Numbered from the stretch's first letter, positions 16,581 through 25,339 are shown. The stretch is 32,000 nt of DNA from Bdellovibrionales bacterium (GCA_965247685.1 OZ252021.1:510001-542000), one strand, 5' to 3'. The notes: a model not told the origin generated them from the letters alone. Numbers and translations: made by a program.

Positions 16581-18062
16581 TTAAGCAATACTCTTTTTTT
16601 CTAAATCATAAATCTTTACTTTTGAAATCAAAGCAGCTCGACTTATTCCTAACTTCTTAGCCACTCTAGTCTTATTCCAGCTTTGTTCCTTTAAACATCG
16701 GCCTATCATTTCTTTCTCTAGCGATTTTATCGCTTCTTTTAACTTCTGCTCAGAAGATGAAGCAGAAGAAATATTATTCTCATCTAAAATTTTAGGAGAT
16801 AAAAATCCTTTACCAATTACTATGTTAGAATGTGACAAAATAATCATTCTTAACACTTCATTATGAAGCTCTCGGACGTTTCCTGGCCAAGAATAATTTT
16901 TGAAGTATTTAAAAATTTCAGAATCAAATGTTTTCTTCATTTCTTTGGCTTCTTGAAGCAAGAAGTATTCAGATAGAAGTTGAATATCTTGTTTTCTTTC
17001 TCTAAGAGGTGGAACTTTTATGTTAATTACATTCAAACGATAATATAGATCCTCCCTAAAAAGACCTTGTTTCATCATTACACTTAAATCTTTGTTCGTT
17101 GCCGCAATAATTCGAACATTCACTTTTTTAGGACGAACAGAGCCCACTGGGAAAAAAGTTCCTTCCTGCAAAACTCTTAAAAGCTTTGCTTGCATAGCCA
17201 AAGAGGTATCTCCAATTTCATCTAAAAAGAAAGTCCCCTTATCAGCTAGCTCAAAGAGTCCAATTTTATCTTGAATAGCTCCAGTAAAAGCTCCTTTGAC
17301 ATGACCAAATAGTTCTGACTCCAACAGATTATCATTGAAGGCAGAGCAATTTTGAACAATGAAAGCTTCTTTTTTCCTTAAAGAATTCTGATAGATTGAT
17401 TGAGCCACAAGTTCTTTACCTGTTCCATTTTCTCCTTGAATTAATACGGAGCTGTCTGTTTGTCGAATTTTATCCAAAACAGAATAGAGGTTTTTCATGG
17501 GAGCAGATTGTCCTATGATATCTCCATAACAAAATTCAGACCGATTAAATTTGCGATGAACATCTTTTTTTATGTTTTCCAAATGAGAAACAAGCATGAT
17601 TTCTTGAGTTAAGCTGGACACAATATTTTTCATAATTTCTAGTTGTTCATGTTGAACCATGGAAATATTAACATTGACGCATCCTATTTTTTGAGCTGAT
17701 TTTTGAACTTTTTCTAGCTGACTAGAATCATGAATAAAACCTGTAACAGCTACAAGCCCCACCCATTTTTGATTCGTAAAAATAGGAATAGCTAGTATAC
17801 TCAGCCCTACTAAATCCCAAGTGAATAAAGAAACTTCCTTAGAAGAAGAAGTTTTTTGTTGTAAAAAGTTAAACAGAGCTCGATTCATGTCTTGATCTTT
17901 TAATAATTGGGCTACAAAAGGATTATGAAAATACTTTTCATTAAGAGGGTTTGAAAATTCTTTTTCATTAATAAAAAGAACATCTGAATTCCAAATCTTC
18001 CCCACTAAATTTTTGAGATTTCGAACAACATGCAAATGTCTATACTGATTCCACCGAAACAT
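16581..18062 (-). CDS. Sigma-54-dependent transcriptional activator (sensor domain + AAA+ + Fis-type HTH; no receiver domain)
   Basis: 493 aa with Walker A GENGTGKE, the sigma-54 contact loop GAFTGA, Walker B FFLDEIGD and C-terminal HTH NKTRVAKKLGISRAALISKV. The N-terminal ~180 aa is not a CheY-like receiver and may be GAF/PAS-like. Confidence 0.9.
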   Translation of the reverse strand: MFRWNQYRHLHVVRNLKNLVGKIWNSDVLFINEKEFSNPLNEKYFHNPFVAQLLKDQDMNRALFNFLQQKTSSSKEVSLFTWDLVGLSILAIPIFTNQKWVGLVAVTGFIHDSSQLEKVQKSAQKIGCVNVNISMVQHEQLEIMKNIVSSLTQEIMLVSHLENIKKDVHRKFNRSEFCYGDIIGQSAPMKNLYSVLDKIRQTDSSVLIQGENGTGKELVAQSIYQNSLRKKEAFIVQNCSAFNDNLLESELFGHVKGAFTGAIQDKIGLFELADKGTFFLDEIGDTSLAMQAKLLRVLQEGTFFPVGSVRPKKVNVRIIAATNKDLSVMMKQGLFREDLYYRLNVINIKVPPLRERKQDIQLLSEYFLLQEAKEMKKTFDSEIFKYFKNYSWPGNVRELHNEVLRMIILSHSNIVIGKGFLSPKILDENNISSASSSEQKLKEAIKSLEKEMIGRCLKEQSWNKTRVAKKLGISRAALISKVKIYDLEKKSIA

Positions 18063-18070
18063 ACCAAATC

Positions 18071-18102
18071 CTCCGTACTGTAAACTAATCGTACAGTAGG
18101 AG
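18071..18102 (-). promoter_or_regulatory. Hairpin overlapping the SD of the sigma-54 activator gene
   Basis: The minus-strand RNA is CUCCUACUGUA-CGAUUAGUU-UACAGUACGGAG. This forms an 11-bp stem with one bulged C. The 3' arm contains the GGAG of the SD GGAGGA, which lies 8 nt upstream of the ATG at 18062. Confidence 0.4.
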
Positions 18103-18141
18103 AGTATTCTTTAATTTGTATTCTCTTTTTAAGACTTTAGT

Positions 18142-19488
18142 CTATGGATGATCGGGCAAAGGGCTAAAGTCAGAAAGAACATTATTATCAAAACGCCCAT
18201 ATTCGGGCTGCCATCTAAGAACGACCGTTCCTGTTGGTCCGTTTCTTTGTTTATTTATAATGAGCTCTATTTTACCTTTTTGCGTGGAATTGGGATTATA
18301 ATATTCATCTCGATAAAGCATAATAATAAGATCCGCATCTTGTTCGATTGATCCAGATTCTCTTAAATCCGAAAGAAGTGGTTTTCTATTGGTGCGACTT
18401 TCCACACCACGATTTAACTGAGACAGAGCTACAACAGGAACTCTTAATTCCTTAGCAATAGATTTAAGAAGTCGTGATATTTCAGAAACTTCTCTTTCAC
18501 GAGAGTCTGTTTGTTTTTTCATACTCATCAACTGAATATAATCAACAACAATCATATCTAGACCATGTTGAGCTTTCATTTTTCTTGCTCGAGAACGAAT
18601 GTCAAAAGGAGAAACATGGCTGGAATCATCAATAAAAAATTGAGTTTCACTCAAACGAGAAGCTCCTTCCATTAAAAAATCCCAATCCTTATTAATCTTA
18701 CCTATTTTTAAAGAAGAAAGAGGGATTTGAGTGAGAAGAGAAAATAAACGAATAAGGAGTTGCTCTTTAGCCATCTCTATAGAGAAGAAAGCTACTTTTT
18801 TCCCTTTAAGTACGGATTGAAGAGATATATTTAAGCTCAAAGCTGTTTTACCCATAGAAGGGCGAGCTGCGATAATAACAAAATCTCCAGGCTGAAATCC
18901 TGAAGTAATATTATCCAGCTCTTCAAAAGAAGTAGAAAGCCCAGTAATATTCAAACCTTTTTCATGTAAACCTTCTAAGTGCTCCAAACCTTTTGTCACC
19001 AAAGTATTAATAGGAATAAGATTTTTTTCTGTTTGCTCTTGTGAAATTTTAAAAACCTCAGCCTCTATTTGATCTAAAAAGACATCAATATTTTCAAACT
19101 CTTGAGTTCGAGCTTGTTCAATAAATTTTTGAGATTGACGAATAACAGATCGAAGTAAAGATTTTTCTCTAATGATGCGAGCACAAGAAGAAATGCCCAC
19201 TTGAGAAGGCATATAACCCATTAATTCACCTAAATATGCTGTACCCCCTGCTTTTTCTAAATGACCTGTTTTTTCTAATTCGTCAGATACAGTTAAAGAA
19301 TCAATAGGCTCCCCTTTGGCTTCTAATTTTTGAGCTGCTGAAAAAATGTAAGAATGTGCAGGTTTATAAAAATCTTCTGCCGTCAGATGCTCATATATCT
19401 CATCCCAAACTTTAGCATCCCCAGTTAGAAGAGATCCTAAAACAGACATTTCAGCATCTAAATGGTGTGGAAACCGTTTTCCTTCCAT
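18142..19488 (-). CDS. dnaB: Replicative DNA helicase DnaB
   Basis: 448 aa with HHLDAEMSVLGSLL at the N-terminus, Walker A ARPSMGKTA and VVDYIQLM. SD AAGAGGTGA precedes the ATG. Confidence 0.93.
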   Translation of the reverse strand: MEGKRFPHHLDAEMSVLGSLLTGDAKVWDEIYEHLTAEDFYKPAHSYIFSAAQKLEAKGEPIDSLTVSDELEKTGHLEKAGGTAYLGELMGYMPSQVGISSCARIIREKSLLRSVIRQSQKFIEQARTQEFENIDVFLDQIEAEVFKISQEQTEKNLIPINTLVTKGLEHLEGLHEKGLNITGLSTSFEELDNITSGFQPGDFVIIAARPSMGKTALSLNISLQSVLKGKKVAFFSIEMAKEQLLIRLFSLLTQIPLSSLKIGKINKDWDFLMEGASRLSETQFFIDDSSHVSPFDIRSRARKMKAQHGLDMIVVDYIQLMSMKKQTDSREREVSEISRLLKSIAKELRVPVVALSQLNRGVESRTNRKPLLSDLRESGSIEQDADLIIMLYRDEYYNPNSTQKGKIELIINKQRNGPTGTVVLRWQPEYGRFDNNVLSDFSPLPDHP

Positions 19489-19716
19489 AAATTCACCTCT
19501 TTTTGTTCATTAAGGACTTTGATTCATACCTAAAAGTCTAGGATTTGTGAACTAGGATCTCATAAAAACATAAATTTTCTGTTTTTTGTGAATAATTCGT
19601 TCATATCTTGTCAATAAACTAAAAATATAAACTCCAAATTCACATTAGGATTTTTTTAGTTCAAAGACTGTTTTTTTTAAAATAGAATAAAACAGAAGGG
19701 TGAAAAAAGGATTCAG

Positions 19717-21897
19717 ATGTCATTTTTTGGAAAAACTGATGTACAGGCCATTATCTATCTTTCTTTAGCTCTTTTTTTTAGTGTGAGCTTAGGAACTTAT
19801 AGCCCGCTTGATCCTTCACTCAATACTCTCGGTCAGCAACCAATACAAAACTATTGTGGATATATTGGATCTTTTCTAGCTGATCTTCTTTATCAAGGTT
19901 TTGGAATGGGTGCGTTTTTTTTGGTATTTATTTTACTCAAACTTTCTTTCAACGCTTTTTCTGGAAAAAAAATATTAAGTTATCCATATCATATTGTTGA
20001 TTTCACTTTACTTTGCTCTATATGCGCTTGCTTATCTTTAGCACTTCCAGAAATCCGTTTCTTTCAAAACCACATTACAGCAGGTGGAGCTATAGGTTTA
20101 ATGATCACTCACAGTCTCATTCCACTTTTTCACAAAACAGGTACTATCATTTTACTAGCCTCTTCCTGCATTTGTTGTTTAATGACAAAAGCTCACCAGC
20201 CACTTCGTTATTATTTTCAACCTTGTCTTCATTTTTTTAAATCAATCTTTACTGAAACTCAAAGTATCCTCACTTACACATTTAAGAGTTTAAGAAAAGA
20301 TAAATCTGTTGAACTACCTCCAATTACTTTTCACTCTGACAATGAGGAAACAGATTTTCATTCTGAAGATGTAGCTTCTTTACCCGAAGAAACGACAGTC
20401 CCCTTAAACTTTCAAAAAGTCTTTCCCGATGAATGGAAAAAACCAATATTTCACATGCTTCCTGCTATCCCCAAAAACACTTTTCGCATTTCCTCTCAAG
20501 AAATCCATCAGCAAACAGAAAAACTACAAGCTAAGCTCGCGCAGTTTGCTGTCAAAGGAGAAATGGTTGATATCAAAAGTGGACCCGCTGTCACATTATT
20601 TGAATTTCGACCCGCAGATTCAGTTAAAGTTGGAAAAATCACTCAGCTTGCTGATGATCTCAGTATGGCTCTTAGTGCAGAATCTATTAGAATTATTGCC
20701 CCTATCCCAGGTCGTGATGTGGTTGGAATTGAAGCCTCTAATTCTTCAAGAGAAATGGTCTACTTTAAAGAGTTAGTAAAGGATCCTCTTTTTTGCAACC
20801 ATTCTTGGGAGCTTCCTTTGATTATTGGCCGTCATGTGGAAGGGACTCCTTGTATTCAAGAACTCACTCAAATTCCACACTTGCTTGTTGCAGGAAGTAC
20901 AGGTTCTGGTAAATCTGTTTTTATCACGAGCTTGCTTTCTGGCTTACTTATGTATCATTCACCTGAAACTTTACGATTAATTTTAGTGGATCCTAAACAA
21001 GTGGATCTGAGCTCATTTTCCGACATTCCTCATCTTCTCTTTCCTCCCATTGTCAATACTTCTAAAGCTTTAGATACACTCCACTGGGCTATTCAAGAAA
21101 TGAATAAAAGATATCGCTCTTTGAATCAGTTTCAAGTTCGTGGAATTAAAAGTTTTAACCATGTAGTTTCTCAATTAAGCAAAGAAGAAAAAACAAAACA
21201 TGAAACAATGGTTATAAATGAAAAAGAAGATTATTACTACGAACCCTTACCCTACATTTGCATCGTAGTTGAAGAGTTTGGTGATCTCATGGCGAGTACG
21301 AAAAAAAACCAAGTGGAACAAGCTGTTGTACGCTTAGCTCAAATGGCTAGAGCTTGTGGTATTCATTTAATTTTAGCTATGCAAAGTCCTCGAAAAGATG
21401 TCATCACAGGTTTAATTAAAACAAATATTCCAGGTCGAATCAGTTTTAAAGTGGCTAGCAAAATAGACTCTCGAGTCATTCTTGATGAATCTGGAGCAGA
21501 GCGCTTGCTTGCTAAAGGAGATATGCTTTTTTCCACTCCAGGCTCAAGTAAAATAAAAAGATGTCATGGAGCCTACATGAGTGAAGAAGAAATAAAAATC
21601 ATTGTCGAACATTGGAAGCAACAAGGCTCCCCTCAATATCGAACTTTGAACCAAATGGAAAATGAAAACTTTGATATTCATTCTGCTCCTTGGAGTGAGG
21701 ACTCTGAAGATATGGCAAAGTATTTGGAAATTCGATCTTATATCGCTTCACTTAAAACAGTCTCCACCTCTTCTTTGCAAAGAAAATTCCGATTAGGTTA
21801 TCCTCGTGCTGCACGAATGATGGAAAAGTTTGAAGAAGAAGGTATTGTAGGACCAGCGCACGGAAGTAAACCTCGAGAAGTCCTTCATAATAAATAA
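19717..21897 (+). CDS. ftsK: DNA translocase FtsK
   Basis: 726 aa with N-terminal TM helices, motor-domain Walker A GSTGSGKS and a C-terminal gamma winged helix (SLQRKFRLGYPRAARMMEKFEEEGIVGP). SD AAGGA precedes the ATG. Confidence 0.93.
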   Translation: MSFFGKTDVQAIIYLSLALFFSVSLGTYSPLDPSLNTLGQQPIQNYCGYIGSFLADLLYQGFGMGAFFLVFILLKLSFNAFSGKKILSYPYHIVDFTLLCSICACLSLALPEIRFFQNHITAGGAIGLMITHSLIPLFHKTGTIILLASSCICCLMTKAHQPLRYYFQPCLHFFKSIFTETQSILTYTFKSLRKDKSVELPPITFHSDNEETDFHSEDVASLPEETTVPLNFQKVFPDEWKKPIFHMLPAIPKNTFRISSQEIHQQTEKLQAKLAQFAVKGEMVDIKSGPAVTLFEFRPADSVKVGKITQLADDLSMALSAESIRIIAPIPGRDVVGIEASNSSREMVYFKELVKDPLFCNHSWELPLIIGRHVEGTPCIQELTQIPHLLVAGSTGSGKSVFITSLLSGLLMYHSPETLRLILVDPKQVDLSSFSDIPHLLFPPIVNTSKALDTLHWAIQEMNKRYRSLNQFQVRGIKSFNHVVSQLSKEEKTKHETMVINEKEDYYYEPLPYICIVVEEFGDLMASTKKNQVEQAVVRLAQMARACGIHLILAMQSPRKDVITGLIKTNIPGRISFKVASKIDSRVILDESGAERLLAKGDMLFSTPGSSKIKRCHGAYMSEEEIKIIVEHWKQQGSPQYRTLNQMENENFDIHSAPWSEDSEDMAKYLEIRSYIASLKTVSTSSLQRKFRLGYPRAARMMEKFEEEGIVGPAHGSKPREVLHNK

Positions 21898-21939
21898 AGA
21901 CTCTGGTATTTTGTTTCTAAAAATGATAGATACAAATTC

Positions 21940-22818
21940 ATGAAATTTAGAGGAATTATCACAGCCTTGATTACCCCTTTTTATCAAGGTGAATTAGATA
22001 AAAAATCTTTTATTCAGATCATTAAAAACCAACTCATTGAGGGAGTCGGTGGTTTTGTCATTAATGGCACTACAGGGGAGTCTCCCACCTTAGCTGAAAA
22101 AGAAGTTCAACAATTAGTCGAGTGGGCTCAAGTTGAAGTTTCTGGTCAAGTTCCCCTGATTTTAGGAGTGGGGCACAATAGTACACAAAAGACCTTATCG
22201 AACTTAGAAAAAGCAAACCAGTGGAAACTGGATGGAGCTCTTGCTGTAACTCCTTACTATAATAAACCCTCTCAAGAAGGGCTTCTTAAACACTTTACAA
22301 AATTAGCACAATCCTCTCAGATTCCTATCTTGCTTTATAATGTCCCTTCTCGAACTCAAGTTGCAATAGAGATTCCTACTTTGCTTCAACTCACAAAAGA
22401 AAAAACAATTGTGGGTGTGAAAGAGGCTTCTGGAGATCCTCAATTTTATTCTCATCTCCTTTCCTCCGATCTTCCTCCTGATTTTACAGTCACAAGTGGT
22501 GATGATGGAACTTTTTTAGATCTCATTCAAAAAGGAGGACATGGTGTCATCTCTGTTATTTCTCACTTTATGCTCTCGCCTATGAAAAACTTTTTAAATC
22601 AAGTCACTCAAAAAAAAGAAGGAGCTTTACTTGATTTTGAAAATCAATATGGAGAAATTATTCAGCATCTGTTTAGAGTGACCAACCCTACAATGATTAA
22701 ACAGGTGATGTTTTATAAAAAGATCATCCGCTCTCCGGAATTAAGACTGCCTCTTTGTGAACCAAAGCCAAAGCTCGTTCAACAAATGCAAGAGCTTTTG
22801 CGACAGGCTCATTTGTAA
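21940..22818 (+). CDS. dapA: 4-hydroxy-tetrahydrodipicolinate synthase
   Basis: 292 aa with GTTGES and the Schiff-base lysine context VGVKEASGD. Confidence 0.9.
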   Translation: MKFRGIITALITPFYQGELDKKSFIQIIKNQLIEGVGGFVINGTTGESPTLAEKEVQQLVEWAQVEVSGQVPLILGVGHNSTQKTLSNLEKANQWKLDGALAVTPYYNKPSQEGLLKHFTKLAQSSQIPILLYNVPSRTQVAIEIPTLLQLTKEKTIVGVKEASGDPQFYSHLLSSDLPPDFTVTSGDDGTFLDLIQKGGHGVISVISHFMLSPMKNFLNQVTQKKEGALLDFENQYGEIIQHLFRVTNPTMIKQVMFYKKIIRSPELRLPLCEPKPKLVQQMQELLRQAHL

Positions 22819-22835
22819 ACTGAATTTCTAAGAGG

Positions 22836-22865
22836 TTGTCAAAGTATCTATTAATGAACTATAGT
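22836..22865 (+). promoter_or_regulatory. Candidate sigma-70 promoter for dapB
   Basis: TTGTCA (22836-22841), 18-nt spacer, TATAGT (22860-22865). An AAAGG SD and the ATG at 22887 follow. Motif match by eye only. Confidence 0.35.
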
Positions 22866-22886
22866 TTTTCAAAAAAGGCTTGAATT

Positions 22887-23561
22887 ATGAGTACATTTAT
22901 AAAAATTGGATTGAGTGGATCTTCTGGTAGAATGGGTCAATCTATTTTAGAATTAGAAAAATCTGAAAACACTTTTTCTATCCTGCAACGCTATGACTCT
23001 CAACATTCTCTTGAAAAATGGAAAGCTGAAAACATTGATGTAGTGATCGACTTTTCTAGTCCTCAATCTTTTTTAAATGTACTTTTATGGTGTGAAAACA
23101 ATAAAAAACCTCTAGTAAGCGGAACCACAGGGTTAAGTTCAGATGTAGAAGAAAAAATAAAACAAGCTTGTCTTGCTATTCCTATTTTATGGTCTTCCAA
23201 TATGAGTTTAGGAATCGCCTGCATCCATGAGTGGCTCAAAACACTTCCTCAAACTTTAAAAAATTGGGATATTCAAATTTCAGAAACTCATCATCGGTTT
23301 AAAAAAGATGCTCCAAGCGGAACAGCACTTTCTCTTCATCAAACCCTTAAAAAAGAAGGAATTCACACTCCCACCCCTTTATCTTCCAGAGGAGGAGGAG
23401 TTCATGGTGTTCATAAAATTTCTTTTATGGGGCTGGAAGAGGTTCTTTATATTGAGCATTTCGCACAAGATCGAAAAGTGTTTGCTCGAGGAGCTCTCAA
23501 AGCCGCTCAGTGGATTATGAAGCAAAAACCAGGTTTGTATAATATTCAAAATTGTTTATAA
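22887..23561 (+). CDS. dapB: 4-hydroxy-tetrahydrodipicolinate reductase (short form)
   Basis: 224 aa with the N-terminal dinucleotide-binding motif GLSGSSGRMGQ and the signature ETHHRFKKDAPSGTA. Confidence 0.88.
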   Translation: MSTFIKIGLSGSSGRMGQSILELEKSENTFSILQRYDSQHSLEKWKAENIDVVIDFSSPQSFLNVLLWCENNKKPLVSGTTGLSSDVEEKIKQACLAIPILWSSNMSLGIACIHEWLKTLPQTLKNWDIQISETHHRFKKDAPSGTALSLHQTLKKEGIHTPTPLSSRGGGVHGVHKISFMGLEEVLYIEHFAQDRKVFARGALKAAQWIMKQKPGLYNIQNCL

Positions 23562-23582
23562 AGTTCTCTTTTTAAAAGAAAC

Positions 23583-23610
23583 TTGACTCTGATTTTTTCA
23601 TCTGTATAAA
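23583..23610 (+). promoter_or_regulatory. Candidate sigma-70 promoter placed for a leaderless or near-leaderless tal transcript
   Basis: TTGACT (23583-23588), 16-nt spacer, TATAAA (23605-23610) preceded by TG. The A of the tal ATG is at 23617, 7 nt after the -10 hexamer. There is no SD at functional spacing. Confidence 0.4.
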
Positions 23611-23616
23611 CAGGTT

Positions 23617-24264
23617 ATGAAATTTTTTATCGATACAGCCCATCTTGATCAAATTCAAAAAATTCATCAAGAATTTCCAATTGATGGGGTTACAACCAAT
23701 CCTAGTTTGATTGCTCAAACAGGAGACACTATAGAAAATATTATTCCAAGAATTTGTGATTTTTTACAAAAACCAGTTTCTGCTGAAGTGATTGAAACTC
23801 AAAAAGAACCAATGTATCAAGAAGCCTTGAAGCTCGCTCAACTTCATGAAAAAGTTGTAGTTAAAATTCCACTTACAAAAGAAGGATTACAAGTTATTCC
23901 TCTGTTAAAAAAAGAGGGAATTCATGTTAACGTGACTCTTTGTTTTTCAGCACTTCAAGCTTTAAGAGCAGCCCAAGCTGGAGCAGATATGGTTTCTATT
24001 TTTGTAGGACGGTTAGACGATATAGAGAAGTCTGGGATGCAAGTTGTAGCGGATACTGTAGATATATTTTCAAATTACTCACTAAAAACTTCTGTTCTTG
24101 TTGCAAGCATTCGTCACATACAACATGTGTATCAATCTGCTTTGCTGGGTGCAGATATAATTACAGCTCCTCTCAAAATTTTAAATCAAATAACTCATCA
24201 TCCTTTAACCGAAATAGGTTTAGAGCAGTTTTTAAAATCAGTAAATCAAGACCAAAATAAATGA
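23617..24264 (+). CDS. tal: Short transaldolase / fructose-6-phosphate aldolase family protein
   Basis: 215 aa with MKFFIDTA, DGVTTNPSLI and the Schiff-base lysine context VVVKIP. Confidence 0.88.
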   Translation: MKFFIDTAHLDQIQKIHQEFPIDGVTTNPSLIAQTGDTIENIIPRICDFLQKPVSAEVIETQKEPMYQEALKLAQLHEKVVVKIPLTKEGLQVIPLLKKEGIHVNVTLCFSALQALRAAQAGADMVSIFVGRLDDIEKSGMQVVADTVDIFSNYSLKTSVLVASIRHIQHVYQSALLGADIITAPLKILNQITHHPLTEIGLEQFLKSVNQDQNK

Positions 24265-24377
24265 AATGGCTGATCGTTTTTACTATCTTATTGATACTAT
24301 TTGTTCCTTATAAACTGCCAAAAACAGACATCAGAGGTTTTTCTAAAATTGTTATAGACTCTTCTCAAAAATAAGTT
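24261..24377 (+). CDS. Candidate 38-codon small membrane peptide overlapping the tal stop codon
   Basis: Not in the ORF track because it is under 60 aa. The ATG at 24261 overlaps the tal stop (ATGA). It translates to MKWLIVFTILLILFVPYKLPKTDIRGFSKIVIDSSQK, one hydrophobic helix plus a basic tail. Its end overlaps the convergent gene by 13 nt. Confidence 0.3.
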
Positions 24378-25246
24378 TTGATGATGGAGGATTTTCTTTT
24401 TTGCTTCATCCATTGTTTTAATTTATTAATAAAAGTTTGATTGAGTATTTTCCCTCTGATTCTCTCTGAAGCTTTTGTTTTTTGACTCACAAAATCCTTA
24501 TGTAAAAGCTCAAAAACAAAACAATGATTTTCAATACAAACAGGGTGGGAAAACTGCCCAACATTTAGCTTTAAAACAGCTTTTTTTAAAATCTTATTCA
24601 TTTGCTTTGCATTCAGAATAATTTCTTGAGGAGGAGTAGATTTATTCACTTTTTTTAAAAAAGATTCGGCATCCTTTAAACCCTGCAAACCACCTTCAAA
24701 AGTCCATCGATTTAAAGTGAATTTCTTCTTTTTAAAAAAATTTCGGCCTGTTTTTTTTAAGTAATAATCGTTTAAAGCTTCATCAGAAATTTGTATTGTG
24801 GACAGCACTTCCATCTGCAACCATTTGTCTATAAGATGATTGTTATACACAATATCTTGATACTCTGAAATAGACATAGGAATCTTTTTTAAATAATTTC
24901 TCATTTGTTTATAATTTATTTTTTTCTGAGACAACTCTTGCTTCAGTAATTGTTCTTCTGAAATTTTTTCCAACTGATCTAAAGGGAGATTTTGAATTAA
25001 AATTTTCACATCTGTTAGATACTGGAGAAGTTTTTTTCTACTGCTATGAAGTGATCGTTTAGAATAGATTTTTAACAACTGACTGGCATGAAAAAGAGGA
25101 GAAGATAAAAACCTCCCATACTGTTTAATTTCTGTTTGTAAAATAATAGAATCATCTACCGTAACAGCAACTTGTTCTATCGTTTTTCCAAAACTAGAAA
25201 CTCCAAAAAAGAAAAAAATAGAAAATAAGAAAAACTTATACGACAT
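24365..25246 (-). CDS. SurA-like periplasmic chaperone (SurA N-domain, degenerate parvulin-like region, SurA-type C-tail)
   Basis: Signal peptide MSYKFFLFSIFFFFGVSSFG. IEQVAVTVDDSIILQTEI matches the SurA N-terminal motif. The C-terminal ERIRGKILNQTFINKLKQWMKQKRKSSII resembles the SurA tail. The ATG is at 25246; the track start at 25252 is TTG. Confidence 0.6.
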   Translation of the reverse strand: MSYKFFLFSIFFFFGVSSFGKTIEQVAVTVDDSIILQTEIKQYGRFLSSPLFHASQLLKIYSKRSLHSSRKKLLQYLTDVKILIQNLPLDQLEKISEEQLLKQELSQKKINYKQMRNYLKKIPMSISEYQDIVYNNHLIDKWLQMEVLSTIQISDEALNDYYLKKTGRNFFKKKKFTLNRWTFEGGLQGLKDAESFLKKVNKSTPPQEIILNAKQMNKILKKAVLKLNVGQFSHPVCIENHCFVFELLHKDFVSQKTKASERIRGKILNQTFINKLKQWMKQKRKSSIIKTYF

Positions 25247-25277
25247 ATCCAAATAGGCCTATCATAATCAAATGAAA

Positions 25278-25300
25278 CCCTTCAAGTTCTTTTCAAAGGG
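25278..25300 (-). terminator. Weak candidate intrinsic terminator after the parvulin-like gene
   Basis: On the minus strand, CCCTT-13 nt loop-AAGGG is followed by TTTCATTTGATT. The stem is only 5 bp, so support is weak. Confidence 0.2.
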
Positions 25301-25339
25301 AGAAAGAATTTAAGTTCCATCTACAAAGATTGTGATGTT

